A stretch of DNA of 63,774 nucleotides, the filler included, from Deltaproteobacteria bacterium (GTDB taxonomy: Bacteria > Myxococcota > JACRCW01), in the NCBI GenBank assembly GCA_016218805.1. It is 4 parts of 4 records of this genome, joined end to end, with 100 filler letters (N's around TTAATTAATTAA, not from the genome) between each part and the next. Parts side by side here need not be neighbours in the genome. Positions count along the whole stretch, not along the records: positions 1 to 21,444 come from JACRCW010000147.1; 3 more parts are not named here. The stretch is one strand, 5' to 3'. Made by a program: the position numbers and the translations under genes. Position 1 is the first letter of the stretch. Each line of letters starts with the position of its first letter. Under the pieces are notes generated by a model. The model did no database searches. It saw only the letters and a list, made by a program, of their open reading frames with translations, and had not been told where the DNA came from. Below, piece after piece: positions 1 through 10,057 of this stretch.

Positions 1-138
1 CGAAAGAAGCCGCTCATGGATGGCGAGTCCCTGCCCGTGCGCGTGGCCGAGGATTTGGAGCGAATCAAGGCAGATGCCGAACTCGTCCGCAGCTTCTTCG
101 GGGCACCGAGTGTAGTCTATACCAAGGACTAGGCAATA
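1..138 (+). mobile_element. Right end of an IS630-family insertion sequence (transposase C-terminus 1-132, end ...GGACTAGGCAATA)
   Basis: Frame 1 reads RKKPLMDGESLPVRVAEDLERIKADAELVRSFFGAPSVVYTKD* (TAG 130-132), resembling IS630 transposase C-termini. The element ends on a TA (137-138), where an FHA reading frame begins abruptly. Confidence 0.75.
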
Positions 139-1784
139 AGTCCGTTTCCAAGCGCCATGCGCGCATCTTCCTGCACAAACGCACGTGGATGCTGGAGGAC
201 CTGGGCAGCAGCAACGGTACCTATCTGGGTGACGGCCGTGTGACCGGCCCGGTCCCGCTGCAGGCCAACGCGCGGTTCTCCATTGGAGTGTTCACGTATG
301 AAGTGGCCTCCATGGACCCCGCGGGTGACAGCGGTGACGCATTGGACGACGAGGCGGCGAGCGAGTTTCTTGCCGCCGATCCGAACATGGAGACGCGCGC
401 CGCCAAGGCGATCAAGAGCCCGCCCGCCAAGGAGCGCAGCGCCAGCGCGCGCAAGGCAGCCCCGGAGGCACCGGCAGCCAGGCCCGCAACCAAGGTGCCG
501 CCTGAGGAGACCGGCGCGGAGGACGCGCCACCCCAGGCCCCCTCCGCAAAGCGCGGCGCGGAGCAGCCGAACACCCCCGCCGCACCGCACGCCGCGGAAC
601 TGGCAGGCGACCCCAAGAGCGTGAAGTTCTACCTGGCGGCGTTGCCGCGCAGCGTTGCCTACCACCTGGCCAATGTTCCCTTGCTGGTCCTGAACCCGCC
701 CGGGACGGTCCGCAAGAGCATTGAACAGATGCCCCTGCCGGAGCTGGCCTGGCCGGGACTCATTGTCTACGCGCTGCCGGCAACGTTGTTCTCCGCCGCC
801 GTCACGTTCCTGTGCACGCTCGTTGTGCAGCTGGTGACGGGGACGTTGTCACTGGGCGGCATCATCCCGGTTGTGCCACTGGCGGTGGCCGTGGCGGGAA
901 GCGTGCTGGGCGGGCTGGCGTGCCACCCGCTGCTCACCTGGGTGGTGGGCAAGCTCAAGGGGCAGAGCACCGCGCGGCAACGGACCAACTACTTCGTGCT
1001 CAGCATGTCCGCCGTCGTCGTCACGTCCATCCCGTCCGGCCTGGCCATCCTGCTGGCCAGCGTGCGGTTGCCGTTCATCGGCGTGCTGCCCGTGCTGTTG
1101 TCCCTGGTTGGCACGGCACTCACGGTGTTCATCAGCTACCGGTGGTTCACGGCGTTCAACGTCGTGAAGTGGTTCCGCATTGTGCTGCTGGTCCTGGGCG
1201 GGTTGGCCGCGCTGGGGGCGGCCAGGTCGCTGGTGGAGGTTGTGATCGCCGGCGTGAAGTCGCTGGGCGCGTCCTCGCCGTCCTCCGGCGGCGAACCGTC
1301 CGCCGCCCCCGCGGGTGACACAGCAAAGCCCGCCGACGCCACCGCGCCGGCCGCCAGCGACCCGAAGGCGGAGGCCGCGGCGGAGGAGCCCAAGGCGGCG
1401 AAAGAGGAAGATCCGGAGACCGCGCGCAAGGGTAAGAACGCCAAAAAGGGGAAAGCCGCGCGCGCGGAAGACAAGGAGGAGAAGGACAGTGCACCCGCGG
1501 CGGGCGGCGTGGACTACGGCACGTACCTGGAACACCGGGACGCCATGGAAAAGGCCATTGAACGCAACCCGCGCCTGCTCAAGACCGTGCCGGGCCTGCT
1601 GGCGCAATACGAGAAATACCACCGCACGGTGTTTGACATCCGCAACCGCCGGGAGGCGGGCGGCAAGAAGAAGGCTGCGCCGCCGGACCCCGCGCTGGAA
1701 CCCGTACGCCAGCGGCTGAAGGACATTGAGGTCTACGAACGCACGCAGGCCATGGTTGAGGACCTGCTGCGCAAGGTGCAGTGA
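138..1784 (+). pseudogene. FHA-domain / multi-TM (Yip1-like) protein, 5'-interrupted by IS630
   Basis: From 138 in frame: KSVSKRHARIFLHKRTWMLEDLGSSNGTY (FHA SxxH and NGT motifs). The N-terminal GR motif is missing. Then an Ala/Pro linker, about 5 TM helices and a helical C-terminus. Confidence 0.7.
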
Positions 1785-1842
1785 GTGCGCGCTGAGCAGC
1801 AGCTGACGACGTCAATCCACTCCGACAACGCGGGACCCCGCT

Positions 1843-2796
1843 TCAGGTGACCACGGCCACGAGGAATGCCACCAGGGTCACCACCGGCAGCAGCACGTAC
1901 CCGCGCTCCAGCAGCGTCTGCGCCTTCTCCCTGGCGGCCTGCTGCACGCGCCGCATGATGCCCACGGTCATCAGCAGGTTGGATCCCACCACCACGTAGG
2001 TGGCCGTCATGATCTTGTCGATCAGCGTCAGGTAGCCCACCGGCGGGATGGTGTTGGTCAGCGACACGTGGAACATGACGGACGCAATCAGGATACCAAT
2101 GGCCATGGACAGCCGGTTGTCGATCTTCTCCAGCGTCACGAGCATGGAGAGGAACGTGATGATGATGAAACACAGGATGGGCAGGAAGGTCTTGAGCGCG
2201 GCCGGCAGGCGGATGCGGGAGATCTTCACGTTGAGGTGGTACTGCGAATATGTCTCGTCGTAGACCGGATACGCGTGCTGCGTGACCACGGGCTCCGCCC
2301 CGCGCAGTTCCCAGCCCACAAACTTCACGTCCGCATCAATGCCCGTCTGCTTGGTATCCACCACGAATTGCCAGTCGCTGGCAGGCCGGGTCTTGTGTTC
2401 CAGGATGATCGGCAGCACCTGGTCGTCCCACGGGTAGCGCTTGAGGTCGATGTTGGTGTTGAGGTTGGCGAGCACCCGGTAGAAGCGCTCCTTGCCGCCA
2501 TCCAGCGTCTGCACCAGTTCCATCTGGGCGCGCCCGTTGCTGAACTCCACGTCCGCGTCCTTGAGCACGCGGTCGCTCTTCAGATTCAGGTAGAAGTCCA
2601 CCGTGTAGCTGCCCGCAGAAATGTCAAACTTCCCAATGGACAGGATGTAGACGCCAATGGCCACCTTTTGCGGACCCTCCGGTGCGGCGGCCTCGGCGGG
2701 CGGTGGCTCGTCGGCCAGCACCGGTGTGGTCACCAGCGTCAGGAGCAGGGGAAGGAAGCGGAGGGCGCGCTGCGGGGAGGGAGTTGTGGTTCGCAC
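1843..2796 (-). CDS. Prokaryotic pentameric ligand-gated ion channel (GLIC/ELIC-like Pro-loop receptor)
   Basis: Signal peptide; VAIGVYILSI..YTVDFYL beta strands; Pro-loop DLKRYPWDDQVL; GW motif; M1 TFLP; M2 DNRLSMAIGILIASVMFH; M2-M3 loop IPPVGYLTLIDK; 4 TM. Start GTG 2796 inferred. Confidence 0.85.
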   Translation of the reverse strand: MRTTTPSPQRALRFLPLLLTLVTTPVLADEPPPAEAAAPEGPQKVAIGVYILSIGKFDISAGSYTVDFYLNLKSDRVLKDADVEFSNGRAQMELVQTLDGGKERFYRVLANLNTNIDLKRYPWDDQVLPIILEHKTRPASDWQFVVDTKQTGIDADVKFVGWELRGAEPVVTQHAYPVYDETYSQYHLNVKISRIRLPAALKTFLPILCFIIITFLSMLVTLEKIDNRLSMAIGILIASVMFHVSLTNTIPPVGYLTLIDKIMTATYVVVGSNLLMTVGIMRRVQQAAREKAQTLLERGYVLLPVVTLVAFLVAVVT

Positions 2797-2917
2797 GGGC
2801 GGAGCGTGTGCTGACCCGCCGCCCGCGTTCAAGTCTCCGCCGGTGACGGCGACGAGGACCACAGCCCAGAGCTGTACCTTGTGCTGACCCGGTGCAGGCG
2901 CCTAGGCTCCCGCGCCC

Positions 2918-5368
2918 GTGAGCAACGTCCTGACCCTGATTGCGTTGCGGTTCCGTCGCCTCTGGAAGGTCATGCTGGTCATTTCCGCCCTGGCCACTGC
3001 GGGGGCATGGGCCTGGTGGGTCACGGATTTTCTCGGCATCTCCGGTGACGAACTGGGCGCGTACGACGACGGCCTGGGCCAGTTCAACAACGTGTGGTGG
3101 TTTCCTCCGGGGCAGTGGGACCGCGCGGAGGACATCGTCATCGTGGCCATTGATGATGCGTCGTTTGCGGACATTGCCGCGTTTGGGCCCTGGCGGGACC
3201 GCTACGGCAGCTGGCCGTATGACCGCATCATTTACAGTGACGTGTTGGAGTACCTGGGCCAGGCCGGCGCGCGGCTGGTGGTGTTTGACGCCACGCTGGA
3301 CGAGCCCAAATCCGATATTTCCGGTGATCTGAAATTCGGCGAAACGGTGGGACGCGTGAAGATCCCGTTCCACATGGGCTTCAATGTGGTGCCCGGCGTG
3401 GAGGCGTTGCCCAAGGTGGAGCCCGTCAACCGCCTGGGCCCGCCGCCGCCGCCGCCGGAACCCGCGCCGGCTCCCGTTGCCGCGGGTAAAGACGCCAAAG
3501 AGGAGGAATTTCCCTCTGAAGACTTCCCCACTGAGGAAGCGCCGGACCCCGCGGCGCAGGCCAAGGCAAGGCAGGAGGCGCTGGAGAAGGTGCGGGCCCG
3601 GGCCGCCGCCGCGTTTGCGTTTCCCGTTGAGACGGCGGGCGGCCTGGAGCCCAAGACGTTCCTGCCGGCGGAGCAGAAGATGACGCCGGACGGCGGCGTG
3701 GCCACGGGTGAAGACGTGGCCAGCGGCGTGGAACTCACCACGCAGGAGGCGCCGCGCAACCCGGTCCCCGCCATTGAGCCGCTGCTGGACGTGGTGTCAG
3801 GTTTTGGCACCGTGAGCCTGGAGGCGGATGACGACGGCATCATGCGCCGGACGTGGTTTGCGTACACCGACGGCAACAACACGTACGCCACGCTGGCGCT
3901 GGGTGCGGTGGCAGACGCGGTGGGCGCGGACAAGGTCACGCTGGAACCCGGCCGCCTGGTGCTGGGCAAGCACGTGGTGCACATCAACCAGGACGGTTCC
4001 GCCGCCATCAACTACGGCGGCACGCTGACGGAGCGGTTTGTGTCCGTGCCGCTGGTGGACGTGCTGCGGTACCGCGCGCGCAAGGACGGGTACGAGCGCT
4101 TCAAGGACAAGGTCGTCGTCATTGCCGGGTTTGCGCTGGGCACGGCGGACATCAAGTCCACGCCGTTTGAGACGCAGGTGCCCGGCGTGGTCAAGCAGGT
4201 GGCGGAGATAGACAACCTGCTGCATGACCGGTTCATCCTGGACGCGCCGCTGTGGCTGTCCATCCTGTTTGCGCTGTTTTTCGCGCTGATCTCCGTGGCG
4301 CTGGTGATGGTGGTGCAATCCGTCGTCGTGGACATTGGCGCGCCGGTGTTCTTCTATTTCTTCTTCTCCACGGTGACCGGCCTGTTCATCACCGTGACCC
4401 GGTGGCACCTGCTGTCCGCCATGGCGTCCATGGCAGGCACGCTGGCGTGCGTGGCCGCCAGTGCCTACAACCGCTTCCTGGCCAGTGAGGAGCGGGACAA
4501 TCTCAAGCAGGCATTTGCCGCGTTCATGGACTCTGACCTGGCTGAGCTGATGGCGGAGGGCCGGCAGCTTCCCAACCTGGCCGGTGAGGAGCGCGTGGTC
4601 ACCGCCCTGTCCGCGGACCAACGCGGCCTGTTGGTGGTGGCTGAGGCCCTGCGGGGTGAGCCGAAGAAACTGATGCACGTGACCAACCGTTTCCTCTCCG
4701 CGGTGACGCCCATCGTCAAGGAGCAGGGGGGCTGCATTGACAAGTTGCAGGGTGAGACGCTGGTGGCGCTGTTCGGCGCGCCAATGAGCCACGCTGACCA
4801 CGCGTTGCGGGCGTGCCGCAGTGCGCTGCAGATGCGCGCGGCCATTGCGGAGCTGCGCAAGGACGCGCAACTGGGAGCGCTGCCGCCCATCCTGGCGCAG
4901 GTGGGTATTGCCACGGGGATCATGTTTGTGGGCAATCTGGGCAGTGACGATCTCATTGATTACTCCGCCATCGGTGACGGAATGCAGCGTTGCGCGGCGC
5001 TGGAGCGCCTGGGCGCGGACCGCGGCGCGGCCATCCTGGTGGACCAGGCCACACGGGAGGCCGTGGGTGACGCGCTGGTGACGCGGCGCATTGACCGCGT
5101 CCGCACGCGTGACGGCGCTGTCTCGGACGTGCATGAAGTGGTGGGCGAGCCTGACGACGTGGATGACCGCGCGCGCGAGGCGCTGGCGGCGCACGAGTCC
5201 GCGCTGGACCTGGTGCTTGCCGGGCGGTTTGCCGACGCGGAGAAACTGTTGGCCCGCGCGCTGGAACTGCATCCCGACGACGCGGCGAGCCGCGCGCTGC
5301 TGGCGCGCAGCCGGAAGCTGTCAGCGGGACCCCTGCCAGTGGGCTGGGATGGTGTGACGGTGGTGTAG
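2918..5368 (+). CDS. CHASE2-domain class III adenylate/guanylate cyclase-like protein with C-terminal TPR; catalytic residues degenerate
   Basis: IVIVAIDDAS, WPYDR, DDDGIMRR, FKDKVVVI, VPGV (CHASE2); 3 TM; cyclase fold ADQRG / IDKLQGE / YSAIGDGMQRCAAL; C-terminal WDGV. Confidence 0.85.
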   Translation: MSNVLTLIALRFRRLWKVMLVISALATAGAWAWWVTDFLGISGDELGAYDDGLGQFNNVWWFPPGQWDRAEDIVIVAIDDASFADIAAFGPWRDRYGSWPYDRIIYSDVLEYLGQAGARLVVFDATLDEPKSDISGDLKFGETVGRVKIPFHMGFNVVPGVEALPKVEPVNRLGPPPPPPEPAPAPVAAGKDAKEEEFPSEDFPTEEAPDPAAQAKARQEALEKVRARAAAAFAFPVETAGGLEPKTFLPAEQKMTPDGGVATGEDVASGVELTTQEAPRNPVPAIEPLLDVVSGFGTVSLEADDDGIMRRTWFAYTDGNNTYATLALGAVADAVGADKVTLEPGRLVLGKHVVHINQDGSAAINYGGTLTERFVSVPLVDVLRYRARKDGYERFKDKVVVIAGFALGTADIKSTPFETQVPGVVKQVAEIDNLLHDRFILDAPLWLSILFALFFALISVALVMVVQSVVVDIGAPVFFYFFFSTVTGLFITVTRWHLLSAMASMAGTLACVAASAYNRFLASEERDNLKQAFAAFMDSDLAELMAEGRQLPNLAGEERVVTALSADQRGLLVVAEALRGEPKKLMHVTNRFLSAVTPIVKEQGGCIDKLQGETLVALFGAPMSHADHALRACRSALQMRAAIAELRKDAQLGALPPILAQVGIATGIMFVGNLGSDDLIDYSAIGDGMQRCAALERLGADRGAAILVDQATREAVGDALVTRRIDRVRTRDGAVSDVHEVVGEPDDVDDRAREALAAHESALDLVLAGRFADAEKLLARALELHPDDAASRALLARSRKLSAGPLPVGWDGVTVV

Positions 5369-5400
5369 CCGGGGGCGCACCGCCCCCAACGGAGGAACAC

Positions 5401-5907
5401 GTGAGGACGCGGACATGGGCAACTCTGGTTGCCGCAACATTGCTGGCGGCGGGTGCCGCCTGGGCGGTGAAACCCGGGGGAACGCTGTTCGTCAAGGGCA
5501 AGGACGTGAAGGTTCTCCCCAAGGCGGACCTGGGTGCCACGCCCATGATGAAGTTGCAGAGCGGTGACGAGGTGGTCTGGAACGGCGCGGACGCCAAGAA
5601 CAAGCAGCTCCACAAGGTGAAAGCCAAGGGCAAGGACGGGTACATCCTCCAAGCAAACCTCACGCCCAACAAGCCCTCAGACGAAGTCCTGACCGGCGAC
5701 GGCAAGCCCACCTCCGCGCAGGCGTTTGCCAGTTCCGGTGCGGCCACCAAGGCGATGAGCGAGGCGGGTCTCAAGTACGCCTCCGAAAAGGGCGGCAAGG
5801 AGATTGCCGCGCAGGTCATCTACGTGGAGGAGCACTCCAAGAAAGCGGCGGATGCCGTGCCTGATCACGTCAAGAAGGCTGGCCTCACGCCGGGAGGTGG
5901 CAAGTGA
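5401..5907 (+). CDS. Secreted SH3-like domain protein
   Basis: Signal peptide ending AWA; SH3b-like [20 protein letters not shown] motif; lies between the CHASE2 cyclase and M48 genes, overlapping the latter. Confidence 0.6.
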   Translation: MRTRTWATLVAATLLAAGAAWAVKPGGTLFVKGKDVKVLPKADLGATPMMKLQSGDEVVWNGADAKNKQLHKVKAKGKDGYILQANLTPNKPSDEVLTGDGKPTSAQAFASSGAATKAMSEAGLKYASEKGGKEIAAQVIYVEEHSKKAADAVPDHVKKAGLTPGGGK

Positions 5908-7349
5908 TGCGCTCCAACCTGTCACGCCTGTTGGCCGGGGTGGCGCTTGCCGCCGCGGCCTGTTCCGGATCCAAGCTGTCCATCAAGGACCCTGCCAAGA
6001 TGGCCGCGGAGAGCGCGGCGCTGGCCAAGAAGCTGGCGGACGTGGCCAAAGAGGCGGAGGAGAAGGCCAAGCCGTGTGACAACCTTGAGACGCGCGGCAT
6101 TGTGTGGTCCGAAGAGCGCGCCATTGGCGGGTCCATTGCCATTGGCATGGTGCAGAAGGCCAAGGGCGCCATGTTTGTGGACAACCTGCCCAGCACCGAC
6201 CCGGATGCGCTCAAGAAGGACGTGGACGCCAAGAAAAAGGTGGAATTGCCGTCCAGCCCCAAGAATGACCTGGCGCTGGAAGTGGCCATCATCGGCCGCA
6301 ACCTCGCGTCGTACTCCGCGCGCCCGGAGATCGCGTGGACGTTTGGTGTGATCGACGATCCGTCGGTGAACGGGTACTCGGCGCCCGGCGGGTATGTGCT
6401 GGTGACGACGGGATTGCTGCGGCTGGTGGAGAACGAGGCGCAACTGGCCGGCGTCCTGGCCCACGAGATTGGTCACGTGGCCAACCGGCACGCGCTCAAG
6501 ACGTACGGAAAGATCAAGGCCATGCAGTGCAAGGTGGCCGTGCGCGGCGGCGTCTACCTGGAGCGCGGCGTCCTGGACCAGGCGCCGGCGGAGCTGAAGA
6601 AGGCGGCCGAATTCGGGAGTTTCTTCTCCAAGTCCGTGGAGGGTGACGGCGTGCTGGACCTGGACGGTGCGGGCGCCAGCGCCAAGCTGGTGGCGTACAT
6701 CACGGACGGATTCATTGACTTCTTTGTCAGCACCGGATTGGCCAAGCCTGACGAGCTGGACGCGGACAAGACCGCGTTTGAATTGATGACCTTTGCCGGA
6801 TACGACCCCGGCGAGCTGTCCAAGTTTGTCAACAAGATCCCCGACAGCGGCGGCGCCTTTGCCCACCACCCCAGCAACAAGGAGCGGACGGACGCCCTGA
6901 CAGCGGTCCGGGCGGATTACGCCGGTTTTGCGGATAACGGGAAGGTCCCGCCGCTTTCCGACGTGTTCAAGGTCCTGGCCGCCCCAACTCCCGCGGAGGC
7001 CCCGGCCGCGGCCGCACCCGGCGCGGCGGCCGCTCCCCCCGCGGGATGCCCGGCCAAGATTCCCGCGGGATTTGTGTGCATTGCGCAGAAACAAGGCGGC
7101 GTGGTGCTGGCCGGTCCCCACGCAGACCTCAGTGGTGCTGATCTCGCCGGCGCCAACCTGGCAGGCGCGGACCTTTCCGGCGCCAACCTCAGCGGCGTGG
7201 AACTCAAGGGCGCGGACCTGCGCGGCACCAACCTCAAGGGAGCCAACCTCTCCCTGGCCAACCTGGCGGGTGCCGTGTGGGGGAACACCACCTGCCCGGA
7301 CGGCACCGACAGCGACGACAACGGCGGCAGCTGCCAGGCCAATCCGTAA
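5904..7349 (+). CDS. M48-family zinc metalloprotease lipoprotein with C-terminal pentapeptide repeats
   Basis: Lipobox [42 protein letters not shown]-terminal A(D/N)L(S/A)G repeats. Confidence 0.85.
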   Translation: MMRSNLSRLLAGVALAAAACSGSKLSIKDPAKMAAESAALAKKLADVAKEAEEKAKPCDNLETRGIVWSEERAIGGSIAIGMVQKAKGAMFVDNLPSTDPDALKKDVDAKKKVELPSSPKNDLALEVAIIGRNLASYSARPEIAWTFGVIDDPSVNGYSAPGGYVLVTTGLLRLVENEAQLAGVLAHEIGHVANRHALKTYGKIKAMQCKVAVRGGVYLERGVLDQAPAELKKAAEFGSFFSKSVEGDGVLDLDGAGASAKLVAYITDGFIDFFVSTGLAKPDELDADKTAFELMTFAGYDPGELSKFVNKIPDSGGAFAHHPSNKERTDALTAVRADYAGFADNGKVPPLSDVFKVLAAPTPAEAPAAAAPGAAAAPPAGCPAKIPAGFVCIAQKQGGVVLAGPHADLSGADLAGANLAGADLSGANLSGVELKGADLRGTNLKGANLSLANLAGAVWGNTTCPDGTDSDDNGGSCQANP

Positions 7350-7365
7350 CGCGCAGTCCCACCCG

Positions 7366-9987
7366 TCAGCGCGGGAGGCCGTGCTGCGCCACGCGGGCCA
7401 GTTCCTCAATGAGCCCGTCATTCCGCCCGTCCACGCCGCTGCTGGAGACGTGCAGCAGGCCGCTGCCGGGATGATCACGCGAGAAGGTCTTGAGCCACGC
7501 GCCAGCCTGGAACCGGCCAGCGCGGGTGAGCACCACATCCACGTGCGCCGTCGTCGTCAGCTGCGTTCCGCTCGCGGGCACCTGCGTCAGGCCAAAGGCG
7601 CGGCCCTCGTTGGTCAGCACCGGGGCCTCGGCGCCGTCCGCGCACGGACACGGGATGGCGCGCGTGGACAGTCCGTAACTGCCAATCCAGGCATGCGTCC
7701 CGTCCGCCCAGGCGCGGTGTGAAAACGGGAAATGCCCCGCGTGCACAATCCGGCCGCCCGCGTCCAGGTAGCGCCGTGCCGTGCAGTCCGGGCGGTTGGA
7801 ATCAAACACCGGTGCCGGGAACAGATCCTGCGTCATCACGCACACGGAGCCCGGTGCGCCGCCGCGGGTGCGCTCTCCCATCCACGCCGCCAGTTCGCGC
7901 GCGGACACAATGGTGAATCCCATCTTCTCCAGCCGTTCCGCCGCACGCGCCTGCGAGGAACCCCACACCGCCGGGTAAAGCGGATCGTAGTACGCCACCC
8001 GGGCGGACGTGGGCGCCGGGCCGTGGTCAGGTGGCGGAACGGGCACCAGCAGCACACCGTGCACCACAAACGTGCCCGGCGCGTTGCAGGGATCAAGACG
8101 CAGCCGCGTGATGGTGCCAAGTTCCCACAGTCGCGCGCGGTATTCGTGGGTCTGGCCGTCCCCTGGGACATCCAACCTGGCGCACGGCATCTCGTAATGC
8201 GGGTAATGCGTGGTGTGGCAGAACACCTCCGCGTGCCCGCCGGTTGACGCGCTCATGCGCAGCACCACCTCCACGGGGCACGGGATGGTGATCCTCGGAC
8301 CCTGCAGGTGCGGGTCGTTCCCGGTGGACGTGATGACCAGGCGCTCGTGTTCCACCTCCAGACGGACCTGGTGAATGGGCTCCCATTCATGCGCGGACCA
8401 GGACACCTCGGTACGCGTCGCCGGATCGCGCACCGGGGCCACATCATCCAGCACCAGGACGGACGCGGACGCCACGGGCGGTGCCACGTGTGGCGTGGTG
8501 CTTGCCGCGGGCACCGCGCGGGGGCGCGCGCGCAGCACCACCTCGCGAATCCGCACCCGGCGGGGCGAGACGATCTGCAGGCACACATCCGATTCGCGCG
8601 GTCCCCGGCGCCGGAACGCCACCTGGTCCACGTCCGCCTTGACCCGGCGCCATTCGCCGGACCCCGTCAGCGGCGCACCGCGCACCAGCAGGCGCGCGTC
8701 CTGCTGCGAGTCCACTGTGGCGGACACGCCCGTGCCGCGCACGTCTTGGAACTCGTACTCAAGCGTCACGTCGCGGGCGTGCGCGGCGAAGGCCGCGTCA
8801 ACCCGGAATGCGACCACGCGCGCATTGCGGTCCTCACCGGGAACGGCCTTCTTGGGGCGGGCGGACACCAGCGCGTCGCGGTCAACCGTCACCTCCTGGC
8901 CCGGCACCAGCTCCACGCCGTCCGGCAGGTCCGGCGTCCAACGGACCACGGCCGCTTCCACCAGCGGCGCCAGCGCACGGCAGCGTGCGGACGGCCAGCC
9001 CTCGGCCTCGCCGAGCGCAACCTGAGACAACACGGCGAAATCCCGCGCCGTGCCCTGCGCCGCAACAGCGACCCTTTCCGGGAAGAACCGCCCCACCATT
9101 CCGCTGCGTTTCCGCACGGCGGTCCCGTTCTGCACGCGGTACCCGCGCTCCCGGTAGCGCGCCTCCATCCATGCCTGGTCGGGTGCGGGAACCTGCGCCG
9201 CCGCAAGCCGGCGTGGCCGCTCGGCCGCCTGTTCCGCGCGCATCTGATCCAGCAACGCGTAGAAGAACTGGCGCACCTGCGCCTGGTTCCCCGCGGCGGC
9301 CCAGGTGTCGTCGCCGCCGCACGGGTACGCCAGGATCACACCGTGCCGGTCCACCGTTGCCGCCAGGTCCCCGCCGGGAAGCACGGCGCCCACCACGGAT
9401 TCCTCGGCGGTGGCGGACAGCGACACGCGGAAGGCATGCGCCAGGCCGCGCACCAGGCCATCCAACAGCTCAGCGCGCGTCACCGTGAGACGCCCCGGCC
9501 AGGAGAACGGTTGTCCCGACGGGAACGGACCGTGCAGCCGGCCCCGGAGCTCAATGCTGTCATTGATACCGGGGGTATCCAGCGTGGTCTCAATGGCCGT
9601 GAATTGCGCCAGCCAGATGCCGCGGATGCGGAACGTGCGAGCCGCCCCCGCCAGTTCGTGCGCGTTGAGCAGCCGGACCACGTCGCCACCGCGGGCGCGG
9701 ACAGCGTCCTCGCGGGTGGCGTGCAGGTGCCCAGCGTCATCAAGGCGGGATACCCAGGGTTCGCGCTCGTACAGGAACCGGTCCACCACGCGCGCCTGGG
9801 CGGGCGGGGGCGGAATGGCCACCGGTGGCCCGGAGGGCGCAAAGAACCGCGGTGGTTGGTGCTCCGGGGTCTGCGCCGTCTCCACGTCTTCACCTCCGCG
9901 TGTCAGGCTGCCACCCGCGGGACCTTGCGCCCGGGCTGACGGTTTGTCCACTCCACGCGTTTTGTCGGTGTTACGCGGTACGGCCAC
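7366..9987 (-). CDS. Hypothetical multidomain protein (two CBM-like beta-sandwich modules plus C-terminal alpha/beta domain)
   Basis: 873 aa ORF filling the gap; motifs LTGSGEWRR and [14 protein letters not shown] resemble CBM-like modules; start uncertain. Confidence 0.55.
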   Translation of the reverse strand: MAVPRNTDKTRGVDKPSARAQGPAGGSLTRGGEDVETAQTPEHQPPRFFAPSGPPVAIPPPPAQARVVDRFLYEREPWVSRLDDAGHLHATREDAVRARGGDVVRLLNAHELAGAARTFRIRGIWLAQFTAIETTLDTPGINDSIELRGRLHGPFPSGQPFSWPGRLTVTRAELLDGLVRGLAHAFRVSLSATAEESVVGAVLPGGDLAATVDRHGVILAYPCGGDDTWAAAGNQAQVRQFFYALLDQMRAEQAAERPRRLAAAQVPAPDQAWMEARYRERGYRVQNGTAVRKRSGMVGRFFPERVAVAAQGTARDFAVLSQVALGEAEGWPSARCRALAPLVEAAVVRWTPDLPDGVELVPGQEVTVDRDALVSARPKKAVPGEDRNARVVAFRVDAAFAAHARDVTLEYEFQDVRGTGVSATVDSQQDARLLVRGAPLTGSGEWRRVKADVDQVAFRRRGPRESDVCLQIVSPRRVRIREVVLRARPRAVPAASTTPHVAPPVASASVLVLDDVAPVRDPATRTEVSWSAHEWEPIHQVRLEVEHERLVITSTGNDPHLQGPRITIPCPVEVVLRMSASTGGHAEVFCHTTHYPHYEMPCARLDVPGDGQTHEYRARLWELGTITRLRLDPCNAPGTFVVHGVLLVPVPPPDHGPAPTSARVAYYDPLYPAVWGSSQARAAERLEKMGFTIVSARELAAWMGERTRGGAPGSVCVMTQDLFPAPVFDSNRPDCTARRYLDAGGRIVHAGHFPFSHRAWADGTHAWIGSYGLSTRAIPCPCADGAEAPVLTNEGRAFGLTQVPASGTQLTTTAHVDVVLTRAGRFQAGAWLKTFSRDHPGSGLLHVSSSGVDGRNDGLIEELARVAQHGLPR

Positions 9988-10057
9988 CCATAAATGGACC
10001 GGGCGCGGTCATCCCCGCAGGGACGGCCGCGCCCGGGCACTTCACGGCGGAGCGGGC

